From an uncultured Chloroflexia bacterium (lineage in GTDB: Bacteria; Chloroflexota; Chloroflexia; Thermomicrobiales; UBA6265), in the NCBI GenBank assembly GCA_963741805.1, contig CAVUJR010000059.1, forward strand, positions 9,242 through 73,241: 64,000 nt of DNA, given 5' to 3'. Shown in pieces: positions 29,801 through 38,890 of the stretch. Positions within the stretch are counted from its first letter, which is position 1; each line of letters begins with the position of its first letter. Position numbers and translations under genes: made by a program. A model generated the notes under the pieces. The model worked only from the letters and a program-made list of their open reading frames with translations. It ran no database searches and was not told the DNA's origin.

Positions 29801-30610
29801 TCAGGCCATGGCGACGAGGATATTCGCCTCCATCGTGTAGCGAATACCGTCCGATACGCGCACCGCCTCGATCTCCGGAGCAATTCGTTCCATCAGGGCA
29901 GCGATCGCGTCGTCCCGCTCAGCCTCACTCAGGGTCCCCAACGCCGGCACCGCCGCCGATGCGCCGATCACCAGCATGCGGACCATGCGCTCGGCCGAGG
30001 ACTCATGCATCTCGCGCCCAACAGTCTCCACGCGGATGTCATTGAACCCGGCATCGACGAAGAGCTGGCGCAGGGCGTCAGGATCGCCGAACGAGTATGC
30101 GACGGCCGCGGCCGGCCCGAACATCTCCCGCAGGGCAAGCAGGAGCGCGCCTTTCACCGACTGGTGTTCCGGACCACGCCAGACGCTCACGCCGACCTGC
30201 CCGCCAGAACGGAGGACTCGCTGCATCTCGCGCGAGGCCGCGGGGCGATCGGCAAAGAACTGGATGCCCTGCTGGCAGAGCACGACGTCGAACTGTCCAT
30301 CGTCGAACGGTTGGTCCTCGGCGCGGCCCTGCACCCACGAAAGCGGCGCGGTGGCGGCCCCCGGTAGGGTCCGCGCGGCCTGGAGCATGACCGGGTTCGG
30401 GTCCAGCCCCGTGACGGTGCCCTCCGCGCCCACCCGCTTCGCCGCTTCGAGCGCGACGATCCCGGTGCCGCAGGCAACGTCGAGGACGTCGTCTCCTGGA
30501 CGCAGGTTTACGCGGTCGAGCAACTCGGCCGACCACGGCGCGAACTCCGTCGGTACCATGTAGCGCTGATAGGCCTCGATCGGACTTCTGACATCGTCGG
30601 ACTGAGCCAT
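29801..30610 (-). CDS. Class I SAM-dependent methyltransferase (type 11)
   Basis: VLDVACGTGIVALEAA motif I and a DVVLCQQGIQFF post-I region. Confidence 0.8.
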   Translation of the reverse strand: MAQSDDVRSPIEAYQRYMVPTEFAPWSAELLDRVNLRPGDDVLDVACGTGIVALEAAKRVGAEGTVTGLDPNPVMLQAARTLPGAATAPLSWVQGRAEDQPFDDGQFDVVLCQQGIQFFADRPAASREMQRVLRSGGQVGVSVWRGPEHQSVKGALLLALREMFGPAAAVAYSFGDPDALRQLFVDAGFNDIRVETVGREMHESSAERMVRMLVIGASAAVPALGTLSEAERDDAIAALMERIAPEIEAVRVSDGIRYTMEANILVAMA

Positions 30611-30785
30611 GCACAGCTCCCTTCACGCCGGACGTGCACCCGGCGCCGCGACCATGCCGGGTAGGGAGCGATGTATACCGCATCGCTCCCTCACCTGCTG
30701 TCTCGTATCACCACAGGTCCCGACCTCACGTCGAGGTGGTAGGGCACGTCTCCATGCTACAGGGATGGGTGGCCGTACGGAACGG

Positions 30786-31787
30786 TCAGGCTTCGTCGGT
30801 CGCGCGCGGGACGTCGATCTCGCCCAGCGAGACGTTGAGGAGGCGCGCCGCGTTGCCGCCGAAGATCATCTGCAGATGCTCATGTGGCATGTTCATGAAG
30901 CGGCAGATGCGGAGCTGGTCCTGCAGGTAGCGCAGGGCGAAGCCACGCGGGAACCAGCTGGAATCGCTGCCGAACAGGATCCGCTCCGGCCCAATCGTCT
31001 CGTAAAACTTGCGGAAGAGATCGTCCAGTGTGAGGTCGTACGGCATCCACCGGACCCACTGGTTCGAGCCGGAGGAGTCGACGACGACGTTCGGGCAGGA
31101 CCAGCAGAGGAAGAGCAGGTCCTTGACGTGCTGGATGCCGAAGTGCGGGATGATGAAGTCGACCGTCGGGAAGTCCCGCGCGACCGGCTCCAGCACGGCC
31201 GGGGAGATGTTCGGATGGTAGGACACGCCGCCGGCCGCGCCGAGCATGCCGAAGTGGATCAGCGCGGGGATGCCGAGGCGCTCGCAGGTCTCCCACACCG
31301 GGTAGAGACTCTTGTCGTTGATGAGCACCGGGATCGTCGGCGCAAGCAGCTTCAGGCCCCTGAGGCCGAGCTGGGTGACCGCTCGCTCGAGCTCTTCGGC
31401 GGCGTCCGGGCGCGTGATGTCGAAGTGGGCGTAGCCGATGAAGCGATCGGGGTACTGGGAGCAGACGTCGGCCAGCGCGTCGTTGCCGCCGCCGGTGACG
31501 AAGCCGATCTTCTCGATGCCGTGCTTGTCCAGCTCGGCGAGCCAGCGCTTGGCCTGGACGTCGGCTGGCTGCATCTCGCCTTCCGGCTCGGGGAAGTCGA
31601 ACGCCATCCGCCAGTTGTGGCGCATGCGCTCGAGGCCCTGCCCCTGCTCCTCCTGCCGCGCCGCGACGGCCGGGTTCTCGATTGGGCCGGTCTCGCGGGT
31701 GCGGAGCTTGCCGCCGCCGATGCCACCGAGCCCGTTCTTTACGGGGAAATGGGCGTGAACGTCGAAGATGTGCAGGTCCTGGAACAC
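30786..31787 (-). CDS. Amidohydrolase-2 family metal-dependent hydrolase
   Basis: IFDVHAHFP metal motif. The GTG start at 31787 is preceded by a GGAGG RBS. Confidence 0.7.
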   Translation of the reverse strand: MFQDLHIFDVHAHFPVKNGLGGIGGGKLRTRETGPIENPAVAARQEEQGQGLERMRHNWRMAFDFPEPEGEMQPADVQAKRWLAELDKHGIEKIGFVTGGGNDALADVCSQYPDRFIGYAHFDITRPDAAEELERAVTQLGLRGLKLLAPTIPVLINDKSLYPVWETCERLGIPALIHFGMLGAAGGVSYHPNISPAVLEPVARDFPTVDFIIPHFGIQHVKDLLFLCWSCPNVVVDSSGSNQWVRWMPYDLTLDDLFRKFYETIGPERILFGSDSSWFPRGFALRYLQDQLRICRFMNMPHEHLQMIFGGNAARLLNVSLGEIDVPRATDEA

Positions 31788-31896
31788 TGGTCGCCTCCAT
31801 TTTGCGCGGTGCGATGACGCACCGGTCACTGTGGTTTCCTCGGGAGGCATCGTACCAACGTCCCCGGATTTCCGATAGAGAGGTACTGCCGCCGGC

Positions 31897-33024
31897 CTAC
31901 GCCTCGTCGGTGTCGTAGACGTAGCCCCAGTTGCGGCTGTCGAGCATCATCGCCGGCGAGATCTCCATGTCGATCTCCGTGTAGGGCCACATATGGTCGT
32001 TCAGGTTGTGGCCGTGCATGGCGCCGCTTTCCGGCTCGTAGACCTGGCCGTGGCGCGCGAGCCACATGCTCCAGATGCGGTCGACATTGGCGTGGTGCAA
32101 GAAGAAGACCGGATCGTTCGGCGAGGAGTTCCAGGCCATCGTGCCGTATGGACCTTCCTTTTCCTCGTGCCCGCCCTCGTGCGAGAAGATCATCTCGCCC
32201 GACACCCAGAGGTGCACGCGGTTGTGCATGTCGTGGGACCCCGCGCAGTTCGGATAGTCGGTCGAGCCGTCAATCGAGCAGGTGCTCGGGCTGCAATCAC
32301 GCCAGCCTTCGAGATAGTTACGGAAGCTGGCCGCCGGGTCCGCCTGCTCGTTCCATGGCGCGGCGTCGTACTGCGTGATGGCGAGCCCCTCCTCCAGCTG
32401 CGCAGCAGTCGGGAGGTCCGGCGCCATCACGCCCTTGCCGATGTTGCGGATGAGATGCGGGAACTTCTCGTCGTCCGTCTCGTCGAAGATGGTGATCTCC
32501 CAGGCATCCTTGCGGAACGGGCCGGTGTGGACGGCGTAGTCCTCATTCGGGTCACCGCTTCCGCCCATCAGGTCCTCGTGCCAGACGTAGGAGTCGGGTT
32601 CCTGGTCGACGGTCCAGTCCCAGTACGGCAGCGAGATGGAGGTATCCACCGTGCGCAGCTGCTCCTCGAAGAGATGCAGGTACATCCGGTGCCAGGGGAA
32701 GAACGCCGGGCCCATATGCGCCGCCATGACATCGCACTCGAACGCATCGCGATGCCACAGCACGAACTGGTCGTAGGTGCTGACACCCTCGGTCCACGGT
32801 GACGGCGTCGCCTTGAGGGCAAGGATCGCGTCGGTGAACGCCTTTTTTTCGTCCACCGTGAGATCTTTCGCGTTACGCCGCACGCGAAGCTCGCCGGCGG
32901 GAGACGCGACCGGCGTCGCCATCGGGGTGGCGTCCTGCGCGAAGACGTCACGGACCATAAGCGACGTCGCGACGGCCCCGGTGAGCGCGGCGAACTGGCG
33001 ACGGGTGACACGATTGGGCTGCAT
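31897..33024 (-). CDS. Tyrosinase / polyphenol oxidase (type-3 copper), Tat-secreted
   Basis: TRRQFAALTGAVA Tat signal. CuA motif HMGPAFFPWHRMYL. CuB motif HNRVHLWV..FFLHHANVDRIW. Confidence 0.9.
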   Translation of the reverse strand: MQPNRVTRRQFAALTGAVATSLMVRDVFAQDATPMATPVASPAGELRVRRNAKDLTVDEKKAFTDAILALKATPSPWTEGVSTYDQFVLWHRDAFECDVMAAHMGPAFFPWHRMYLHLFEEQLRTVDTSISLPYWDWTVDQEPDSYVWHEDLMGGSGDPNEDYAVHTGPFRKDAWEITIFDETDDEKFPHLIRNIGKGVMAPDLPTAAQLEEGLAITQYDAAPWNEQADPAASFRNYLEGWRDCSPSTCSIDGSTDYPNCAGSHDMHNRVHLWVSGEMIFSHEGGHEEKEGPYGTMAWNSSPNDPVFFLHHANVDRIWSMWLARHGQVYEPESGAMHGHNLNDHMWPYTEIDMEISPAMMLDSRNWGYVYDTDEA

Positions 33025-33356
33025 GCGGTTCTCCTCTTGCCGGACCGATCATCCGGCGCGGTGCGGTGCGACGTCGCCCAGACAGACGACGGCGAATCGA
33101 TGGGCCCCGATTCCCACTGGATGAATCACCGGTCACGACAAAGCACCGGGCATGATCGACCGGCGAGCACTGCGCGCTCGCCTCTTATCGTTCGGGACCC
33201 GCTGTCGTCGACCCGTCGTCTATCGCCGGGAATCGATCTATCGTAGCCGAGAGAGCACGGCACCGGAAGCCCCTGATCGCGATTTCCGAATAGACGAAAG
33301 CGCCGAGGCATCCGTCTGGATGCCTCGGCGCTCATCTCGGATGCCGATGTGTGTTT

Positions 33357-34466
33357 CTAGTCGCCCCCGGCGAGCGACCCGATGTTGGCGTAGCAGCCGC
33401 GCAGTCCGTCGTCGAAACCGAGCCAGAACGCTTCCAGGCGCTGGTCGGACGTGCCGTGGGCCCCCTGACGATCCCAATTGGAACCCTCGGCATCGCCGAT
33501 CCAGACGGAGAGATCCTCGATGGCGAGCACATCGCGGTTGCGGATCTCGCCACGTGCCCGAACATCCTGCGTGAAGACGGCGGCGAAGCAATCGGCCTGG
33601 AGCTCGTGCTCGATGGAATAGACGCCGCCGTAGATCTCGGGGTCGAGCGAGGTGAACTGTCCGAGCAGCTTCTCGATGTGGTGGCCCCACTCGTGGGCAA
33701 TGACGTGCGACCAGGCGTATTCGCCGAACTCCCCGATAAACCAGTCGCGGAAGTCGATGTCGAAATAGATCGTTTCGTCGAGACCGCAGTAGGCCGCCGC
33801 CGCTCCCTGCAGGTCCTCCTTGGTCATCTCGCCGCCGCACGGCATGCGTAATGGGTAGTTGTTGATGCCGACCATGTCGATCGGCGAGCGGTAGGGCGCG
33901 CCATAGTCGGAGAAGACCTGCGCCCAGAACATGTCGAGCTGGCGGTACATCTCCGTCTGGAAGAGGCTCTCGTAGTCGACCGTGAAGTCCTCGTTGTCGT
34001 TGGCGATTGTCTCGATGTCGTCTTTCGGCATGGTCAGGAACCACCGCCAGGTGACGCCGTCGCTGGCGAGCATCATCTCGCGCGACTCAGTGTCGCCGCC
34101 TTCCAGCGGAACCGTGAATGTGACGAACGCGAGGTCGCGGTAATCCGTCCCGGTCACCTCGTACTGGCCATCATCGAACTCGACGGAGTCGATCTCCGGC
34201 GGGGCGGCCGGCACCGGGTTCTCCTGATCCTTGAACCAGGAGACGAACGCCTGGCGCGGCAGCATATCGCGCGATTCAGGTGCCATGTAGTCGTAGAGCA
34301 GGTTGTAGTCGCCGTTCTGCTCGGCGCGGACAAGGTCGATCACCACGCGTTCGACCGCGGCCTCATCGTCCTGCTGGGCGGCCACGCGAGGCGCACCAGT
34401 GACGGTCCATGCCGCCATCCAGATGACCATCACAGTGGTCGCGAGGCGGCTCCAAAACGTTCGCAT
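33357..34466 (-). CDS. Putative neutral zinc metallopeptidase (YpfJ-like)
   Basis: HVIAHEWGHHIE HExxH motif. Signal/TM segment MRTFWSRLATTVMVIWMAAW. Confidence 0.75.
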   Translation of the reverse strand: MRTFWSRLATTVMVIWMAAWTVTGAPRVAAQQDDEAAVERVVIDLVRAEQNGDYNLLYDYMAPESRDMLPRQAFVSWFKDQENPVPAAPPEIDSVEFDDGQYEVTGTDYRDLAFVTFTVPLEGGDTESREMMLASDGVTWRWFLTMPKDDIETIANDNEDFTVDYESLFQTEMYRQLDMFWAQVFSDYGAPYRSPIDMVGINNYPLRMPCGGEMTKEDLQGAAAAYCGLDETIYFDIDFRDWFIGEFGEYAWSHVIAHEWGHHIEKLLGQFTSLDPEIYGGVYSIEHELQADCFAAVFTQDVRARGEIRNRDVLAIEDLSVWIGDAEGSNWDRQGAHGTSDQRLEAFWLGFDDGLRGCYANIGSLAGGD

Positions 34467-34686
34467 TATCGTCTCCCGGAAGATCTGGGCCGGACACATC
34501 GGGGTGCCCCACGGGGTCAGTGCCTGTTCGTGGCGGCGCTCATACCGGATAGACGTTCGCGTGGGCCAAAGCGTTCCCGGTTCGGGCGAATTGACTACCT
34601 CCCGACCCGCACCTATACTGATACTCCGTATCATTTCATACTCGTCGGCAACGCTGCCCGATCCCTGCCCTGGAAGGTCTTGGCCC

Positions 34687-35667
34687 ATGTCCCTCTCGCG
34701 ACGCTCCTTTACCCGCTCCACCGCCGCCCTCATCGTAACCCCGGCGGCGCTCGCATCGATCCCGCAACGGGCGATCGCAGCTGATGGCCCGCGCGTCGTC
34801 GCCTCCTTCTCGATCCTCGCCGACTGGGTCGCGAACGTCGGCGGTGATCACGTCGAGGTGACCTCGATCGTGCCGGCGAACGGCGACGCACACACGTTTG
34901 ATCCGGACCCATCGACGGTAGCTTCGATCGCCGACGCGGGTGTGGTCTTCACGATTGGGCCGAGCTTCGACGGGTGGATGGAGGACGTGATCGACTCATC
35001 CGGGACTGACGCGACCGTCGTGACATTGCTGGACGCGCTAGATGTGCACCAGCCACGGCACGACCATGACGGTGAAGCCACCGCACCACCTGACAGCGCC
35101 CCGGTCGATGACGGGCACGATCATGGTGACGATGATCCGCACATCTGGGGTGACGCGATGCTCGCTGCCGCGGCGGCGGAACTCATCGGGCAAAGGCTGG
35201 CCGAGGCCGACCCGGACAACGCCGAGGCATACACCGCGAACACCGAGGCATATGTGGCCGAGCTGCGCGACCTCGACGCCTGGATTCACGAGCAGGTCGC
35301 GACGATCCCGGAGGCGAATCGGAAGATCGTCACCAGCCACGACACACTGGAGTACTACGCCGCGGCCTACGGGTTCGAGATCATCGGCACGGCGCTCGGC
35401 TCGCTCTCGACGGAGTCCGGCGACCCATCGGCGGGCGACATCGCGAAGCTCGTCGGCCAGATCGAGGAGGCTGGGGTGCCGGCGATCTTCGCGGAGAACG
35501 TCATGAACCCGGACCTCATGCAAGCGATCGCCGACGAGGCCGGCGTGGAGCTCGCGCCCCCGCTCTACAGCGACGCGCTGAGTGACGCGGACGGAAACGC
35601 CGCGACGTACATCGACCTGATGCGCGCGAACACGTCCATCATCGTGACGGCGCTCGGCGGGAACTAA
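34687..35667 (+). CDS. Metal (Zn/Mn) ABC transporter substrate-binding protein, ZnuA/TroA family
   Basis: Cluster A-I SBP pattern with a His/Asp-rich loop (HDHDGEATAPPDSAPVDDGHDHGDDDPH) and a Tat-like SRRSFTRS signal. Confidence 0.85.
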   Translation: MSLSRRSFTRSTAALIVTPAALASIPQRAIAADGPRVVASFSILADWVANVGGDHVEVTSIVPANGDAHTFDPDPSTVASIADAGVVFTIGPSFDGWMEDVIDSSGTDATVVTLLDALDVHQPRHDHDGEATAPPDSAPVDDGHDHGDDDPHIWGDAMLAAAAAELIGQRLAEADPDNAEAYTANTEAYVAELRDLDAWIHEQVATIPEANRKIVTSHDTLEYYAAAYGFEIIGTALGSLSTESGDPSAGDIAKLVGQIEEAGVPAIFAENVMNPDLMQAIADEAGVELAPPLYSDALSDADGNAATYIDLMRANTSIIVTALGGN

Positions 35668-35780
35668 CCCCCAACAGCCGGCGTTTGACGCCCGGTGCCC
35701 GATCCGCCACGATTGCGCGTGTATCGAACCTCGCAGGGCCTCATTCCTGCCCCACCCTCGTGCCCCGGAGAACCGTCCCG

Positions 35781-37115
35781 ATGTCGATGTTGTACAGCTC
35801 CTCGTCCTTCCGCGCCGATGTGATGGAGCTTGCCCCCGTGACCCGGCCCGTCGTCGGCACGGCATGGGTGCCCGGCTCGAAGAGCATCACGAACCGCGCC
35901 CTGCTGATCGCCGCCCTCGCCGAGGGGCAATCGATCCTGACCGGGGCGTTGTTCAGCGACGACACCCGCTATATGGCCGCCGCGCTGAACATGTTGGGTA
36001 TTCGCGTGGCCGGAGACGAGGCCGCGCAGAGCTTCGTGGTGCAGGGATGCGGCGGGAAGATCCCGGCGACGGAGGCGGATCTGTTTGTCGGCAACTCTGG
36101 CACGTCGATGCGCTTTCTCGCGGCGGCAGTCGCGCTCGGGCATGGCACCTACACACTGGACGGCGTGCCGAGGATGCGAGAGCGTCCGATCCAGCCGCTG
36201 CTCGACGCGCTGCAGAAGCTGGGCGGCGACGCGACCAGCGACGAGGGCACCGGCTGCCCGCCCATTACGGTCGTCGCCGATGGACTGCGGGGCGGTTCGA
36301 CATCGCTCGCCGGGGACAAGAGCAGCCAGTACTTCACCGGACTGCTGATGGCCGCGCCATACGCGCGTGAAGGCATGACGATCGAGGTCGAAGGCGAGCT
36401 GGTCTCCGCCCCGTATATCGAGATCACCGCCGATGTGATGGCCGCGTTCGGCGTGGATGCGGAGATCGACGACGAGAACTGGTCATGGTTCCGGGTTGAA
36501 GCGGGGCAGCGCTACACCGGGCAGCACTATGCGATCGAGCCGGACGCCAGCAACGCCTCGTACTTCTTCGCGGCGGCGGCGATCACGGGCGGAGAGGTGC
36601 GCGTGGACGGGCTCGGGACGGACTCGCCACAGGGTGATCTCGACTTCGTGGACGTGCTGGAGGCGATGGGTTGCGAGGTGACGATGTCGGAGACGGAAAC
36701 GGTCGTGCGCGGGCCGAAGGACGGCCAGTTGCGCGGCGGCGACTTCGACATGGGCGAGATCTCCGACACGGCGCAGACGCTGGCGGCTATCGCGCCGTTC
36801 GCGGATGGCCCGGTGACGATCCGCGGCGTTGCGCACAACCGCATCAAGGAAACCGACCGCATCGCGGCGGTCGCCACGGAGCTGCGCAAGCTCGGGCAGG
36901 AGGTCGAGGAGTTCGAGGACGGCATGACGATCACGCCGCGCCCGGTGACCCCGGCCGAAGTGGAGACGTATGACGACCACCGCATGGCGATGAGCTTCGG
37001 GGTGACGTCGCTCCGCGCGGCCGGCATCCGCATCCTCGATCCGGAATGCACGGCCAAGACCTTCCCGGGGTACTTCCAGCGCCTGATTGAGCTGACCGGG
37101 GCCGAGCGCATCTAG
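35781..37115 (+). CDS. aroA: 3-phosphoshikimate 1-carboxyvinyltransferase (EPSP synthase)
   Basis: VPGSKSITNRALLIAALAEG and the DHRMAMSF motif. Full-length. Confidence 0.9.
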   Translation: MSMLYSSSSFRADVMELAPVTRPVVGTAWVPGSKSITNRALLIAALAEGQSILTGALFSDDTRYMAAALNMLGIRVAGDEAAQSFVVQGCGGKIPATEADLFVGNSGTSMRFLAAAVALGHGTYTLDGVPRMRERPIQPLLDALQKLGGDATSDEGTGCPPITVVADGLRGGSTSLAGDKSSQYFTGLLMAAPYAREGMTIEVEGELVSAPYIEITADVMAAFGVDAEIDDENWSWFRVEAGQRYTGQHYAIEPDASNASYFFAAAAITGGEVRVDGLGTDSPQGDLDFVDVLEAMGCEVTMSETETVVRGPKDGQLRGGDFDMGEISDTAQTLAAIAPFADGPVTIRGVAHNRIKETDRIAAVATELRKLGQEVEEFEDGMTITPRPVTPAEVETYDDHRMAMSFGVTSLRAAGIRILDPECTAKTFPGYFQRLIELTGAERI

Positions 37116-37804
37116 GCCGTGACCGCGACGATCGCGATCACGGCGAGAGCGGTCAGGACCACCGCGAGCCACAGCGGGGATCCCGCTGGCGGAAGGACCC
37201 GGTGCGGCTCTTCGTGCGGAGCGGCGATCGCCATGGCGGTCGATGACGCCGGAACAATTGCAGCGACCGGCGCCAGCCGGCGGGGCGGGGCCGGGACAAG
37301 GGCGGCAGCGGCCACGACGGCCGCCTCCTCTTTCTGGTGCGCCCGTTGCTCGCCCTCGGCGATGCGCCGGCTCGCGGCGAGGAGCGCGGTGCAATCCCGC
37401 TTCTGCCGGGCAAGCCAGAGCGGATAGTGCCCGACCGGCGCCCGGCCAAGGTCGGCCCACGCCGGCGCCCAGTCGATCTCCCGGCACTGGGCAGCTTCCT
37501 CACGGGTAAAGAGCCAGCTCCGGTCGTGGAGGATGCGCATGGCATACGACGGGATATCCCCACCTACGACGATGCCCTGGTATTTGAGAAACGCTACACC
37601 GTTCGGATGTATTTGCCATAAAGCGACACCCGCACGAAGGCTTCGTTTGGTATAGTATGTTCCGTACGTACGATGTTGATAGAGTTTCGCCACGTTCCCC
37701 ACACCCCATCTGCATCTCTTGCCTTTTCCGGTTCCCCACTTTCGGATCATATCGCATATTCTGTGTGACGCATAGTCACCTGGGGAACATAAACGCGAAT
37801 GCAC
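37112..37804 (-). CDS. hypothetical protein with C-terminal TM anchor (start uncertain, possibly 37540 or 37750)
   Basis: The ORF has a C-terminal LWLAVVLTALAVIAIVAVTA helix. Its 5' third lies in an atypically AT-rich patch and may be non-coding. Confidence 0.4.
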   Translation of the reverse strand: MHSRLCSPGDYASHRICDMIRKWGTGKGKRCRWGVGNVAKLYQHRTYGTYYTKRSLRAGVALWQIHPNGVAFLKYQGIVVGGDIPSYAMRILHDRSWLFTREEAAQCREIDWAPAWADLGRAPVGHYPLWLARQKRDCTALLAASRRIAEGEQRAHQKEEAAVVAAAALVPAPPRRLAPVAAIVPASSTAMAIAAPHEEPHRVLPPAGSPLWLAVVLTALAVIAIVAVTA

Positions 37805-37808
37805 GGCA

Positions 37809-37840
37809 AACGCCCCGAACGGGTAGGCGTCCGGGGCGTT
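37809..37840 (-). terminator. stem-loop downstream of the darA-like gene
   Basis: AACGCCCCG...CGGGGCGTT 9-bp stem with a weak U-tract. Confidence 0.35.
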
Positions 37841-37871
37841 GCGTGGCGTTTCAGGGTGTGAGGTCGGCGGC

Positions 37872-38168
37872 CTAGAGTCGCTGGTACTCCTCGAGGTCGA
37901 GGACGAAGACGGTGGCCGCGGCCGGGATGGACTGTTGCGCGCCCTGGCCTTGCGGCGCGGTGCCGGCGTGGGCGTGCTGCTTGATGAGTTCGAGGACCTG
38001 GTCGACCTGCTCCTCGTCGGCGCCGATCATGAGGGTCGTGTTGCCGCGGCGGAGGAATCCGCCGGTGCTGGCGAGGCGGGTCGCGCGGAAATCATCTTCC
38101 AGCAGCGCGTCCACGACCGCGTCGGCATCCTCGTTCTGCACCACCGCAATGATCAGCTTCTTCATCAT
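37872..38168 (-). CDS. darA: Cyclic-di-AMP receptor, PII-like (DarA/PstA, DUF970)
   Basis: MKKLIIAVVQNEDADAVVDALLEDDFRATRLASTGGFLRRGNTTLMIG closely follows the DarA consensus. Confidence 0.8.
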   Translation of the reverse strand: MMKKLIIAVVQNEDADAVVDALLEDDFRATRLASTGGFLRRGNTTLMIGADEEQVDQVLELIKQHAHAGTAPQGQGAQQSIPAAATVFVLDLEEYQRL

Positions 38169-38417
38169 TCCCTCTCCGCTGCAGATCCGCTCGTCATCCG
38201 GGTGCGCCCGGGCCCTGGGGCCGTCGAGGCGCGGGTCTTCCTGGCTGCGCCGTATATGGCGCGGTGCTGGTCTGTCGGGTCACGCTCCTGTTGGCGTTCA
38301 TGCTATCACGGAACGCCCGTATGCGGCGGGGAGATCAACCTGCGGTCGATGCCTCGCCCATCGCGGTGCCGGGTCGATACGCGGTCGACCCCAACCAAGG
38401 GTGCGGACCGGAGGTCG

Positions 38418-38446
38418 GTGCATCGCACATTTCAGTGCGATGCTAC
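38418..38446. repeat. REP-like hairpin (GTGCATCGCAC-ATTTCA-GTGCGATGC + TAC)
   Basis: Variant of the 4140..4172 hairpin. It is preceded by a GGGTCGA-TACGCG-GTCGACCCC hairpin at about 38374..38396. Confidence 0.6.
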
Positions 38447-38452
38447 TGGGCT

Positions 38453-38890
38453 TCACCGCTTGCGGGATTTCTTCCAGCGCTGGTTGTCGATGAAGCCCTG
38501 GAGGATGACGGCGGCGGCCATGGCGTCGATGTGGTCCCTGCGCTTGCCGCGGCGGGTGCCCTGGCTGACGAGGGCCTGCTCGGCGATGGAGGACGACATG
38601 CGCTCGTCGTAGTACTCCAGCGGGATGCCGAGCGCGGCGCCGAGCTCCTCGGCGAAGTCGCGCGTGGCCTGCGCCTGCGGTCCCTCGCGGCCGGAGAGCC
38701 CGACCGGGAGGCCAATGACCAGCGCGGCCGGCGTGTAGGTCGCGACGAGCTTGCGGAGCGCGGCGACGACGTCGGACTTGCGCGGGATGGTGGCGACGGG
38801 GCTGGCGATGCTGCCGAGCTCGTCGCTGACGGCGACACCGATGCGGACCTCGCCAATATCCAGGCCGAGATAGCGATCACCCATCATCAT
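38453..38890 (-). CDS. ruvX: Holliday junction resolvase-like RuvX (YqgF)
   Basis: YLGLDIGEVRIGVAVSD and ..DERMSS..A....IDAMAAAVILQ YqgF motifs. Confidence 0.9.
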   Translation of the reverse strand: MMMGDRYLGLDIGEVRIGVAVSDELGSIASPVATIPRKSDVVAALRKLVATYTPAALVIGLPVGLSGREGPQAQATRDFAEELGAALGIPLEYYDERMSSSIAEQALVSQGTRRGKRRDHIDAMAAAVILQGFIDNQRWKKSRKR

